A stretch of 63,729 bases of DNA, the filler included, from Reclinomonas americana ATCC 50394 (Eukaryota): assembly GCA_048213135.1 (NCBI GenBank). It is 4 parts of 3 records of this genome, joined end to end, with 100 filler letters (N's around TTAATTAATTAA, not from the genome) between each part and the next. Parts side by side here need not be neighbours in the genome. Positions count along the whole stretch, not along the records: positions 19,886 to 47,719 come from PS015643.1; positions 47,820 to 57,777 come from PS015644.1; 2 more parts are not named here. One strand, given 5' to 3'. The notes below the pieces were generated by a model, which was not told the DNA's origin, ran no database searches, and worked only from the letters and a program-made list of their open reading frames with translations. Position 1 is the stretch's first letter; each line of letters starts with the position of its first letter. The translations under genes were made by a program, and so were the position numbers. Shown here in pieces: positions 37,301-48,553 of this stretch.

Positions 37301-40300
37301 ACTTGTAGTAGTCCGGGTTGGCCCACTCGCGAATGTTGTCGTACACGGTAGTGTTGCGGATGAGGCGGATGACTCGGTAGGCGTACACCACGTCGCGTTC
37401 GCCGGGCAGGCGGAGGCATTGCTTTTCCTCGAGGAACTGTTGTAAGAGAAGAGATGGTTAGTAAATGACTGTCTCCGACACAATAAACGACGTCCTGTGC
37501 CAAAAGTATGCTGATTGCCTCTCGACTGATTTCTATCTCCCGTGGTGTAATAATCTTTCTCCTGGGCACTCAACAGGGTTGCACTTTTTCTTTTTGATTC
37601 TCTCTCTAATATTGCATGCACTGTTGGTCCCCCTGCTGGATTGATTCTCTGTTTAACTCTCGAGTCATTCTTTCCTGTCGCTGCGTCTCCTCTGTCTTCT
37701 CAATTCCCAGGCAAATGTTATCTCACCTTCTTCCTTGCACCGTGTTCCTCAACTCACGCTTAGTCTCACTTCCCCTCATTTCTCGTGTCTCCTCCTTCGC
37801 ACGTGCCTTCATGGCTCCTCCTCATTTCTCCATCTCCCTTTCTCATTCTTACTTCTGCTTCCCGAGCATCACCTCCTCCTTTTTCTTCCTCCCTTACTCC
37901 TTTCCCCTTCTCAATACTCACATCTCACGTTCTCCTTAGTCCTTCTACTTCACACTTTCTCATTCTCCTTCTCTTCTCCTTCTACCTCGTCCTTCCCCTG
38001 CTCTATTCCTGTTCACTTCGCGCATTCCCCTTCTCCTTTAAGCTTCTCTTCTGCTTCTCCCTTTCGTCTCCCCTTTCTCGTTGCCCTTTCCTTTCTCCCG
38101 ACTTCTTCTCCTTGCCTTCTCCCATCGTCCCTTTCCCCTTTCCTCCTTTCGTCTCCTCCTTCTTCTTCTTCTCCGCTTCTTTGTCACTTTTTCATTTCAC
38201 GTTCTCCTGAATCCTTCTTCTGCACACTTTCTTCTTCGTCCTCCTGCTTCTTCTTGTTGCTTCTTCCTTTCTTCTTCTCTTTCTCTCCTTTTTTCATCTT
38301 CTCTTTTTCTTCTTTCTCTTCTCCTTCTTCTTCTCCCGTCCCTTCCCAATTCCCTTCTCTCTTCTCCTTCTCTCTTCTCCTTCTCCCTCCCCCTGCAACT
38401 TCCTCCTGCTCCCTTTCTTCTCCTCTTTCTCCCCCTTCCCTCATCTCCTTCCCCCCGTCGCTCACCTTCCGCATTCTCGGGAACGTCAGCGTGTCATCCC
38501 GCGTGTAAAACTCACGCTCCTCCTCCGACAATGGCGGCACGTGCGGCGCCTCCTCACCAGGCTCCAGAGGCTCCAGCCAGACACTGTTGTTTTGCATCTC
38601 GCTGACGATCTTGATGCCGAGCAAATCATCCACCGCCGTCTCCAGCACATCCTGTCCGCGCATCTGGCGCACGCGCAGCTCCTCGCCCGTGGACAGTCGG
38701 AACACGCGGTGATTGGTCCGCAGCGACAGGTGCGAGCCGAAGCTGTGGCACTGCGCGACAAAGGAGTGAGTTGGCTGGCAAGAAGAAAATGAGTACTTTG
38801 CATGATGGAGACAGACCAGGCGAGTGAGGATCAGCTGGAAGCCCGTGTTGTCGATCCCGGCACGGTCGCGGCCGGTGTCGAGTCGGCGGCGGACAATGGT
38901 GGTGGTGCAGCAGATCTCGCCTGGCTGGCGTCGCAGGACGAGTGGTTTGTTGCCCCAGTACTGGATGAAGAAGGGGTGATTAGCGAGATGCACAGAGAGA
39001 GAGAGAGGGAGGGAGAGAATAAGAGAAGGGGACGGAGAGAGAGGATGAGAGAGAGAAACAGAGAGGGAGGGACGGAGGGAGAGAGAAGGGAGAGAGGGAG
39101 AGAGAAGGGAGAGAGAGAGAAGAGAGACGAGAGTGGGAGAGAGGAGAGAAGAGAAGAGAGGGAGAGAGAACGAGAGAGAGAGAGAGAAGAGAGAGACGAC
39201 GGAGGAAGGGAGAGAGAGTAGAGAGAGAGAGAGGGGGGAGCAAAGAGCAGACGGAAAACAAGGAATGTGGAATTGGTGATTGTCGCGCTCGATCTGTCTC
39301 GCTCTTCTTGTTCTCACCCTGCTCCCTGTATCCTTGAAACTTTTCTGGTTTCTGGCTCTCCTCCGTACCCTCTTATCTCTCTCCCTCTCGCTCTCCTTGC
39401 TACCAACTCCGAGTGTCAGCAAAGCCATTCTGTCCAAATATTCACAACCCCAGATCATCTTCTGTCGGAAAAATATACTGGGCGACACTTGCTCCGGCGA
39501 TTTGCGATGGCTCCTCGCCCAGCGCATAATGCACAGCGCATGGAGCAGCAACTCGTGGTGTGTCTGCGCTTCTCACTCACTTCTCTCCACTTCCCCTCGC
39601 TCCTCCCTGTCATCGTGGTACCTCTGGAGAAAGGGAGGGAAAGAGAAAGAGAGGGAAAAAAGAGTGTGAGAGAGAGAGTTGGAAGGGAACACGGCTGAAA
39701 GACGGCAGATATGAAACAATGTACGTGAAGAAATATTTGTGTGGATGAAAAACACGCACAATGAGACTGAGAATGGGCGGTACTCGCCCAGCGCATGGTG
39801 CAGCAACTTGCTTCGCGCCTATGCTTCTCTCTCAGTGGTCCCCTCTTTCTTCTCCCTCTTTCAACATCGCACCTCCCACCTCGCCCAGCGCATCGTGCAG
39901 CAACTCTCTCGCGCGCCTGTCCTTCTCAGCCACTCATCGCTCTCCCTCATGCTCCTCTCTCGCTCTCCATCTTTCATCATTGCATCTCTGGAGTAGCGGC
40001 CCACCTCATCGTGCACCAACTCTCTCGTGTGCCTGTCCTTCTCACCCACTCATCGCTCTCCCCCATGCTCCTCTCTCGCTCTCCATCATTCATCATTGCA
40101 TCTCTGGAGTAGCGGCCCACCTCATCGTGCACCAACTCTCTCGCGCGCCTGTCCTTCTCACGCACTCATCGCTCTCCCCCATGCTCCTCTCTCGCTCTCC
40201 ATCTTTCATCATAGCATCTCTGGAGTAGCGGCAGGGCACCCTCCTCGCCCACCTCATCGTGCACCAACTCGCTTTGCGCCTGCGCTTCTCACTCGCCCAT

Positions 40301-43300
40301 CCCCTCCCCATCCCTCATCACCGCACCTCTGGAGTCGGCGGCAGTGGCGTCGAAAACATGTACGGCGCCTCGGCACCAAACTCGCCACTGATTCGGCCTC
40401 GCTTGTCGATGCACCACTGTCGCTGATCGGAGAACACGCTCGGCTGTCGGGCGCGCACCACGTGCATCTCCACCATCTGTGACGAATGAAGCAGGTTTAT
40501 GGCGGAGGGCTATGATGCACAGCAAAAGTGACTGCCACAAACCAGCTTGTTGAGTGCATTGTCGGGGTGCAGCAGTGGGCGAATCGACAACACTCGGAAC
40601 CCGCGCTCCTCCTGCATGTCCGGCGACGACAGGTGCTGCACCTTGAGAGGTAGCATGGCCTCGGTGCACATGTCGCGCAAAAAGTCCTCTAGTTTGGACA
40701 CGGGTACTTGTTGGTAGCCGCAGTACATGCGCGTCAGAGTCTGTGCGGCTGGGGTCAGGAATATGGAAATGTGATAGCTCATGTGTGCGTGGTATTCGTG
40801 GTGCAGAGAGTCGAGTGTGGAAAGACGGGAGCTGATTACGTTGCTTCTCACCTCTAGCAAGTGCTGCCACGACGGCACCTGCCGCAACATTGAGTCCGGC
40901 ATCACTCCCGGGCACCACGTGTCGGGATCGACTCTGTTAACAGAGTGAGCAGAGAAAAGTAAAAGGTGATAAGGCGGGCATCGCAACTTGGGCACCACGC
41001 TTTTCGACAGATCCACCCATCCTGGCAGATCCTCTGCGCCGAAGATGCCGAGGACAAGCAGCGGTTGCTCCTCGTCGACGACGGAGTTGAAGTAGTAGAG
41101 CGTGTGGCCCATGTGTGCGTCGAATTTGCTGCGTCGCTCGATGCGCATCATCTGGGTGGGTGGGGGGGTGGGGAAGGGAAAGGGAAGGGAGGAGGAAGGG
41201 GGGAAGAGAGGGGGAACAGAGGGGGAAGGGAACGTGGAAGAGACGGGTTTAGGAGGCGAGAAATGGGAGAACAGGTAACTGAGTTCTCTTCGAGTTGTCT
41301 GTAGGCACGTGCAATTCTGCATCCCTGGCAAGTGTGCAACGAATCATCGCGAGACCTCCTTCTTCTCCTACATCTTCTTGTTCTTGTTCTTTTCTCCTCC
41401 TTGTTTTTGTTCTCCTAGTTCTTCTTCACCTCTTCCCCGCCCTGTTCTTACTTTTCTTGTTCTTGGTTCTTATTCATAATCTTGTTCTTCTTCTTCTTCT
41501 TGTTCTTGTTCTTCTTCTTCTTCTTCTAGTACTTCTTTTTGTTCTTCTTCTTCTTCTTTTTCTTCTTCTTCTTCTTCTTCTTCTTCTTCTTCTTTTCCCT
41601 CATTGTTGTTCTTACTCCTCTTGTCCTTCTTCTTCTCTTGCCCCTGTTCTTCTTCTCCTGCTTCTCCTCCTGCTCTTCCTCCACCCCCTTTCCTTCGTCT
41701 TCTTGCTCTTGTTCTTGTTCTTGCTCTTCTTCTTCGTCGTCGTCGTCGTCCTCTTCTTCATTTTCTCCTGCTCCGTCTCCTCTTTCTTCTCCTCCTTGTC
41801 TTCTTCTTCTTCTTCTCCTTCCTCTCCTTCTTGTTATGGCAGCTGTCGGCGACAAGATCATGCAACGCTCACTTTCTGTCGCTCAATCTGTTTGCCTATG
41901 TGTGCAACACACAGGCACTAGTTCCCTAACAAACACCAGATTAAAGACATTAGTTCCTCATTCTCTTTCTTCGCGCTTCTCTCCTTCCTGATGCGGTCTG
42001 TCTGTCTTGTGTTCCGACAATCCAGCGAAATACAAAAGCTGTCATTGAGTCCAAGAGACTTGGCAGACTACAACGCAAGAACGAGTCCCTCTCCCTCACT
42101 TTCTCCTCCTTCTCTCTCTCTCTCNNNNNNNNNNNNNNNNNNNNNNNNNNNNNNNNNNNNNNNNNNNNNNNNNNNNNNNNNNNNNNNNNNNNNNNNNNNN
42201 NNNNNNNNNNNNNNNNNNNNNNNNNNNNNNNNNNNNNNNNNNNNNNNNNNNNNNNNNNNNNNNNNNNNNNNNNNNNNNNNNNNNNNNNNNNNNNNNNNNN
42301 NNNNNNNNNNNNNNNNNNNNNNNNNNNNNNNNNNNNNNNNNNNNNNNNNNNNNNNNNNNNNNNNNNNNNNNNNNNNNNNNNNNNNNNNNNNNNNNNNNNN
42401 NNNNNNNNNNNNNNNNNNNNNNNNNNNNNNNNNNNNNNNNNNNNNNNNNNNNNNNNNNNNNNNNNNNNNNNNNNNNNNNNNNNNNNNNNNNNNNNNNNNN
42501 NNNNNNNNNNNNNNNNNNNNNNNNNNNNNNNNNNNNNNNNNNNNNNNNNNNNNNNNNNNNNNNNNNNNNNNNNNNNNNNNNNNNNNNNNNNNNNNNNNNN
42601 NNNNNNNNNNNNNNNNNNNNNNNNNNNNNNNNNNNNNNNNNNNNNNNNNNNNNNNNNNNNNNNNNNNNNNNNNNNNNNNNNNNNNNNNNNNNNNNNNNNN
42701 NNNNNNNNNNNNNNNNNNNNNNNNNNNNNNNNNNNNNNNNNNNNNNNNNNNNNNNNNNNNNNNNNNNNNNNNNNNNNNNNNNNNNNNNNNNNNNNNNNNN
42801 NNNNNNNNNNNNNNNNNNNNNNNNNNNNNNNNNNNNNNNNNNNNNNNNNNNNNNNNNNNNNNNNNNNNNNNNNNNNNNNNNNNNNNNNNNNNNNNNNNNN
42901 NNNNNNNNNNNNNNNNNNNNNNNNNNNNNNNNNNNNNNNNNNNNNNNNNNNNNNNNNNNNNNNNNNNNNNNNNNNNNNNNNNNNNNNNNNNNNNNNNNNN
43001 NNNNNNNNNNNNNNNNNNNNNNNNNNNNNNNNNNNNNNNNNNNNNNNNNNNNNNNCACTCACTCACTCACTCACTCACTCACTCACTCACTCGACTCACT
43101 CACTCGCTCACTCACTCGCTCACTCACTCGCTCACTCTCTCTCGCACACACTACTCTCTCTCTCCACTCACTCTCTCTCTCTCTCCTTCCTCCTTCCCTC
43201 CCTCCCTTCCTCCCTCCCGCCCTCCTGACTCACTCACCACTCACACTCACTCACTCACTCACTCACTCACTCACTCACTCACTCACTCACTCACTCTCTT

Positions 43301-43593
43301 TGCCCTTTCCCCTCTCTCTCCACGCAACATTGCTGAACTCCGTGGGCCACCCCGTATACCTCTCGCAAATCGCATACAAGCGGTCCTTGTGCGCACCATT
43401 CAGTGCCGCCAACATGCGATCAATGCGCTGCGCACGAGAACAACAAGGCACGCGTTTTTACTCAACATTTCCGACCATCAAGTATGTGTATTTGTGTATA
43501 TGAGCGACTCACTTGCACACAGCGACGCCAGTGCGGTGTCATGAGTGCGTCGGGGATGTCGGTGCCTGCGGGCAGAGACGCGAGGGTGCTCAT
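34360..43593 (-). CDS. Transglutaminase-like + EF-hand pair + CaaX protein, paralog A
   Basis: ATG at 43593 (MSTLASLPAG). Core GYGQCGSF (Cys 37199-37197)..GIP...HVSAMIWAEGIG|WMPAE. Exon ..QMFNRYDE spliced in phase 1 to DEEGSLSKARF (EF1), then DVDGDGK|IGQADF (EF2). Ends SCACTVL*. One gap inside. Confidence 0.75.
36150..36560. repeat. Degenerate ~115-bp tandem repeat in an intron of paralog A
   Basis: ctcattgagctatgct..aagggctt..ctc recurs at ~36263, 36377 and 36493. Confidence 0.65.
39780..40275. repeat. ~116-bp tandem repeat containing copies of a micro-exon and its splice sites
   Basis: ccacctcatcgtgcaccaactc..cctgtccttctca..tctggagtagcgg is repeated 3-4 times. Confidence 0.85.
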
Positions 43594-43982
43594 TGTTGTT
43601 TTTCTTTTCTCGTGTTTTGCGTGAAAACGGGCGAGGGGACAATGTAATGCATTTTCTGTTGGCAAAGGGGAGTTGTTGGGTGGTTGGCGATGAGGAGAAG
43701 GGGATGCAACAAAAGGAGTGGTGAGTCAAGAAGCAGTCTATGCGCTGGTGAAGGTGGCTCGGATTTCCCTCGACGTCTGTCTGTCCGACGTCGACTCGAG
43801 GGCATCGTCTCGCTGTCGTGGTGCAAGGTTGACTCGTGGGTTGGGATTATAGTTGCAAGAGGAGCGAGTGCGCTTTTGCTGTGAGGAAGTGAGCGATCAT
43901 GAAGTTGCAGGACCGATTCATCGCATTTCTCCGTCCGCAAAGAAAGTGCGCGCAAACGCACTCTGCATCTCACCCTGCATCC

Positions 43983-46900
43983 ATGTCGCATATCAGCGAT
44001 GAAGAGTTGCGTGCTTCCATGTCGAATGTGCGCCTCTGTTGTGCGCACGCTTGCTTACGTGTGCGTGCGCTGGTGTGTGTGTGTGAGAGAGAGAGCAGTT
44101 TCCTTCGTATGCATGTGCACTATGTGCGTCATTTTTTCGAGTGTGCATGCTTGCGAGTGCTCACTTGCTTGTTCATCTTGTTTGCTCGTGTGAATGCATG
44201 CGTGCGTATACTTGGATTCGCTTGCGTGTACACTCACTCGTCTCCCTCGCCGGCTTCGCAGGTCGAACTACATTCGAGCCACCAAGGTTGTGAGTGGTGT
44301 CGCCGCGCGCGCACTGCGTGCGCTCGTGCAGCAAGAGCTGCCCGCATTCGTTCGCCACTGTGCGGCAGAAACTGAGGCATCGGCAGCGGGGAAATTGGAG
44401 TTGATGAAGGAATGGATGAAGAAGCCTGGCAGACGAGATAAACGGTGAGAGTTCTTCTCCGCATGATTGTGTCTCGATGTGCCTCTTTGTCTCTCTGTAC
44501 TCCTGCCAGTTTTCCACTTCTATCCTTCTCTTGGTTTGTCTGTGTGCATGTGTGCGTGTGCGTGCTCATCAACGTGCGTTGTTGTACAGCGCCGCACTGC
44601 AAGGGTTGCAACAAGTCCTTTGTTTCGATTCGGCGGCCGCGGCCATGGAGGACTGGCAACGTGCGCTGGACGCCGGCGAGCCTGCTCCCTCGTGCAGCTC
44701 CTTCGACATCTCATGGCTGACCTCGGTGTTGCTGAACGCATACTGGACGCCTGAAGCGAGTGCTGCTCCTCCGCTCGATGTGCGCCAGCTGATCTTCGAC
44801 CCATTGCAGGTGCGGAGTGTTTCTTTCCTGGGTCGCCTCTGTTCATTCCTCACGTGTCGTGCAATGCAGCGCGATGCGGTTCAACAACTACGTGAAGTGC
44901 GGAATGGCTTCATGCATCTTCCTGACCCGCGACTGTCAGCCGCACAATCGCGCGAACTTCTTGGTGACAACATCATAGAAGGGCGAGTAGTGCATCTGCT
45001 GCGGCAAGCGCGTGTCCCGCTCGAAGAAGCGTTTGTGAAAGAGATTAATGCAATTCGCTTCGGTGCGTTGCATGTGTGTCCATGAGAGTCTTGGTGATAT
45101 CGGCACTCAACGTCGTTTGTGTTGAGCTGCAGGTGTGACACCGGCGAAGCGTGCAATCGTATATAGAAACATGGGCCATCTACATGGTTTGCCATTCCCC
45201 AGTCGTACCGCGAATGCTGAGCGACTCGCGGAGCGATTGCTTGAGTGCGATTCTGGTGAGTTAACGTGCGTCTGCTTCATCACTTCATTGTTGTGGCTCA
45301 CATGTGTTTTTGTTGGATTATCCCCCAAGGAGACACATTGGGAGTGCTCGTTCTCTCTGGCGAGGGAGGGAGTGGAAAGACGACACTGGCCCAGCTGATT
45401 GTGTCGGAGATGGAGCGCAAAAAGTGGCGTGGTTCGGCCCTGTTCGCGGACATGCATGGTCTCACAGCCGATGCGAGCCGATACACATCGGTGAGTGCAC
45501 ACGTTTAGTTGTTGACGAGTGAATATTGTCTCATATCTATCTCTCTCCCCCTCTCGCTCTCCCCCTCGCTCTCCCCCCCCCTCCTCTCTCTCCCAGACGA
45601 CGGAGGTGCTCAGCGGCGGGCTGCGTGGATTCGCCAGCACCACGACATCCGTGCAATCCAGTTCACAGCTGTTGGCCGAGATCGAGGCGTGGAAGGAAAA
45701 CGGCAACATAGACATGCTGCGCAGTCGACTTGGCCACTTCATGAAGGACAGTCGCGGTATTCTGCTGCTCGACAACGTTGGCACAGGGAGTCAAGTGTTG
45801 GATGTATTGCGAGGCACGGGCGTATTGCACGCTGACTCAGGTGCGTGGCATCCTGATTGGGGTGCACATTGACCAGTGATTCGAGCAATAGCGCACGCAC
45901 ACAAAGCAAAAGCAGTGGGTAGGCACGGCGCTCAGATTGTTTCTATCGCTGGGTGAGATGGAGAGAGCATGAGAGAGAGAGAGAGAAAGAGAGACAGCAC
46001 ATGCAGGGTGATTATTGGATCTGAGGCAGATTTTATCACTTCTTCCTTCGGAGGTGGCTTCTACTCTTCGTGCGTGCAGTTGCACATCTATCCACATGAA
46101 CGTTCGATACAGACGATAAATTAACTTGGATGTATTTGTCTCGTTTCAGATTCCCCGCTGATGGCCGCCCCACTGGTGATTGTGACCACGCGGTTCAAGC
46201 GGGTGGCCGATGAACTGCAGCGCTCAGTATTTTTGAGCACGGGAGTGGTGCTCCACATGTCGGTGGGCGATTTGGAAGCCGACGATGTGGCGCAGTGTGT
46301 GCGACAGCAGATTGATGCGCCAGAAGAGATTTGCCGTGAATTGACGGCAGCGACGGTGGAGAAACCGCAGGCATTCCGCGTGGCTCTCTGCTTGAGGTTT
46401 GTCGATTGTTCATTTGTTGCACTCTCGGTGTTTCTGAGGAAGAATTGCTGCAGCATGCTCGCCCAACAGTCACTGGAGACCTTGACGAGCAGCGCGTTGG
46501 CGGCATGTCTGGCCGAGACGCGAGCACGGGCAATTGATGGGCTGATGAACAGAAACCTGGCAGAGTGCACGCCGTTGACGCGACAGGTGCTCTTGTTAGT
46601 CTCGGCGTTGCAGCAAATGCGAGTGCATGCGACGGCTCGCACTGTGGCGTTGTTGGTTCGGTTGATGCGGCGTGATGCTCCAATAACCGATGCTTGGCTG
46701 CAAGACCTTGTGGTCCGAGACGGAGTGGAGGAGTACCGTGACGGTGAAGGCGATGTGGTGGAGGCGCTGGAGTTGCTTCGGCGCTCCATGTTGGTACAGT
46801 CCACGTTGGTGGAATCGTGCGACGCGTTGTATCAAATGGTGGTGACTGGTGGAGAAGTGCTGCCGTCGAGGGTGGAATATGGAGTGCACGACATCGTGAT

Positions 46901-47719
46901 GGAGTGGTTGACTACAGGAGAACGTGAGAGGGAGCTGTGTCTGTATCGTGATGCTGTGAGGGATGTTGTCCTGTTTGGACTGGCACGTGCTGACGAGTAT
47001 AGCATCAACGATGACGTGCTGTGCGATATTCGACTGTGTCTGCGAGTGATGTGGAACGACCTACTGTCTGTAGTACAGCCTCGGTGGAACGGAAGTTGCA
47101 TCTCGCCTGCTGTTGCAAAGATGCGATTCGATGGCGTTTCGCGCTTGGCGCAGTTGGTCGAGGATCGCCTTCCCGTCCACGATTTTAGAGGCGATGTGGC
47201 GGTGGCGAGTGCGACGTGGATTCGTGAACAGAGCGGTGACGGAGTGGATCGCGGCGATTATCACAAACGAGCGCGGTGCGCGGGAGGATTATTGATGAGC
47301 GCACGCCGTGCTGGTGATGCCGCGGACTATCTGGAAGGCCATCTGAAGACTGTCGAAGCTGGCGATGATGTGATGCTGGTCGCTGACCTGCGGCACGTAC
47401 TTGCGACTTGTCTGCGGGACGTGGGCCGTCTTGCCGAAGCCGAGCGACAGTATCGGGAGGTGCTTGGTTCGAGGCGTGAGGTGCTTGGTGACCGACATCC
47501 TGATACACTGACATCAATGGTCGGTGTCGCCAGGTGCATGTACGCCACCGGCAATCTTGTCGAAGCCGAGCGACTGGTTCGCAAGGTGCTGGAGTTAAGG
47601 CGAGAGGTGCTTGGTGATAAACACCCGGGTACGCTATGGTCCATGAGCGCTGTCGCCGCCTGCATCGCAGCCGGTGGCAACCTTGTCGAAGCTGAACGAC
47701 TGCATCGTGAGGTGTTGGC
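43983..47719 (+). CDS. NLR2: HEPN (DZIP3/Swt1-like) + STAND NTPase + TPR
   Basis: Phase-consistent exons: NYIRATKVV..ALRAL; SFDISWLTSVLLN; LREVRNGFMH (RxxxxH at 44900-44917); Walker A GEGGSGKT at 45359-45382; ILLLDNV; LVIVTTR; YGVHD; TPRs from ~47400. Confidence 0.85.
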
Positions 47720-47819
47720 NNNNNNNNNNNNNNNNNNNNNNNNNNNNNNNNNNNNNNNNNNNNTTAATTAATTAANNNNNNNNNNNNNNNNNNNNNNNNN
47801 NNNNNNNNNNNNNNNNNNN

Positions 47820-47845
47820 CGTCGTGTGCGTGTAGTGTGTTGTGA
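47820..47845 (+). CDS. Last codons (TSCACSVL*) of transglutaminase-like paralog B, on an inverted contig
   Basis: A|CG TCG TGT GCG TGT AGT GTG TTG TGA joins flush to the minus-strand end at 48554 and matches paralog A's SCACTVL*. Confidence 0.75.
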
Positions 47846-47907
47846 AGAGCAGGCGAAGTGAAGCCTGGAGGAACACAGCAGTCGATTGCAATTCCAGAAG
47901 TGATTGT

Positions 47908-48533
47908 TTATGATATCACACAAGCACATCTCTGCGAGTCTCTTCGATTCCCCTCTATTTCGCGAATTCGCGCTTCCACCAGTTGTGTGTCAGAGTGCGC
48001 GTCACCAAGTACCTCCCGTCTCAACATCAACACCTCCCGATACAGTCGCTCGGCTCCGGCAAGGTCGCCACTGGCCTGGATGCAATCGGCTAAGCTGTAC
48101 ATTGACCATAGAGTGCTTGGGTGCCTATTACCAAGCACCTCTCGCCTCAAAGTCAACACCTCACGATACAGTCGCTCGGCTTCAACGAGATTGCCACTTG
48201 CTTGGACACAGTAGGCAAGATAATACGTCGACTCAAGCGTATTTGGATGCCGGTCACCGAGCATATCACGTCTCAATGTCAATATCTCGCGATACAGGTC
48301 CGCAGCTTCCACAAATTTGCCGCTTGCACGAATGCATTCAGCAAGACTGCTCGTACACACGAGCGTGTCTGCATGCCTGTTACCAAGCACCTCACGCCTC
48401 ACAGCTAACACTTCACGAAACAGTTGCTCAGCTTCGGCGAGATTGTCGCTTTTGCGAATGCAGCTGGCGAGATTGGTCATCGAATTCAACGTGTCTGCAT
48501 GCCTGTCACCAAGCACCTCACGCCTCAACGCCA
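47908..48533 (-). CDS. C-terminal TPRs (~5) of NLR2 ending in CACVIS*, on an inverted contig
   Basis: Same 42-aa repeat. The contig end TGGC overlaps the ..TTGGC end at 47719 in frame. Stop TAA at 47908-47910. Confidence 0.8.
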
Positions 48534-48553
48534 NNNNNNNNNNNNNNNNNNNN

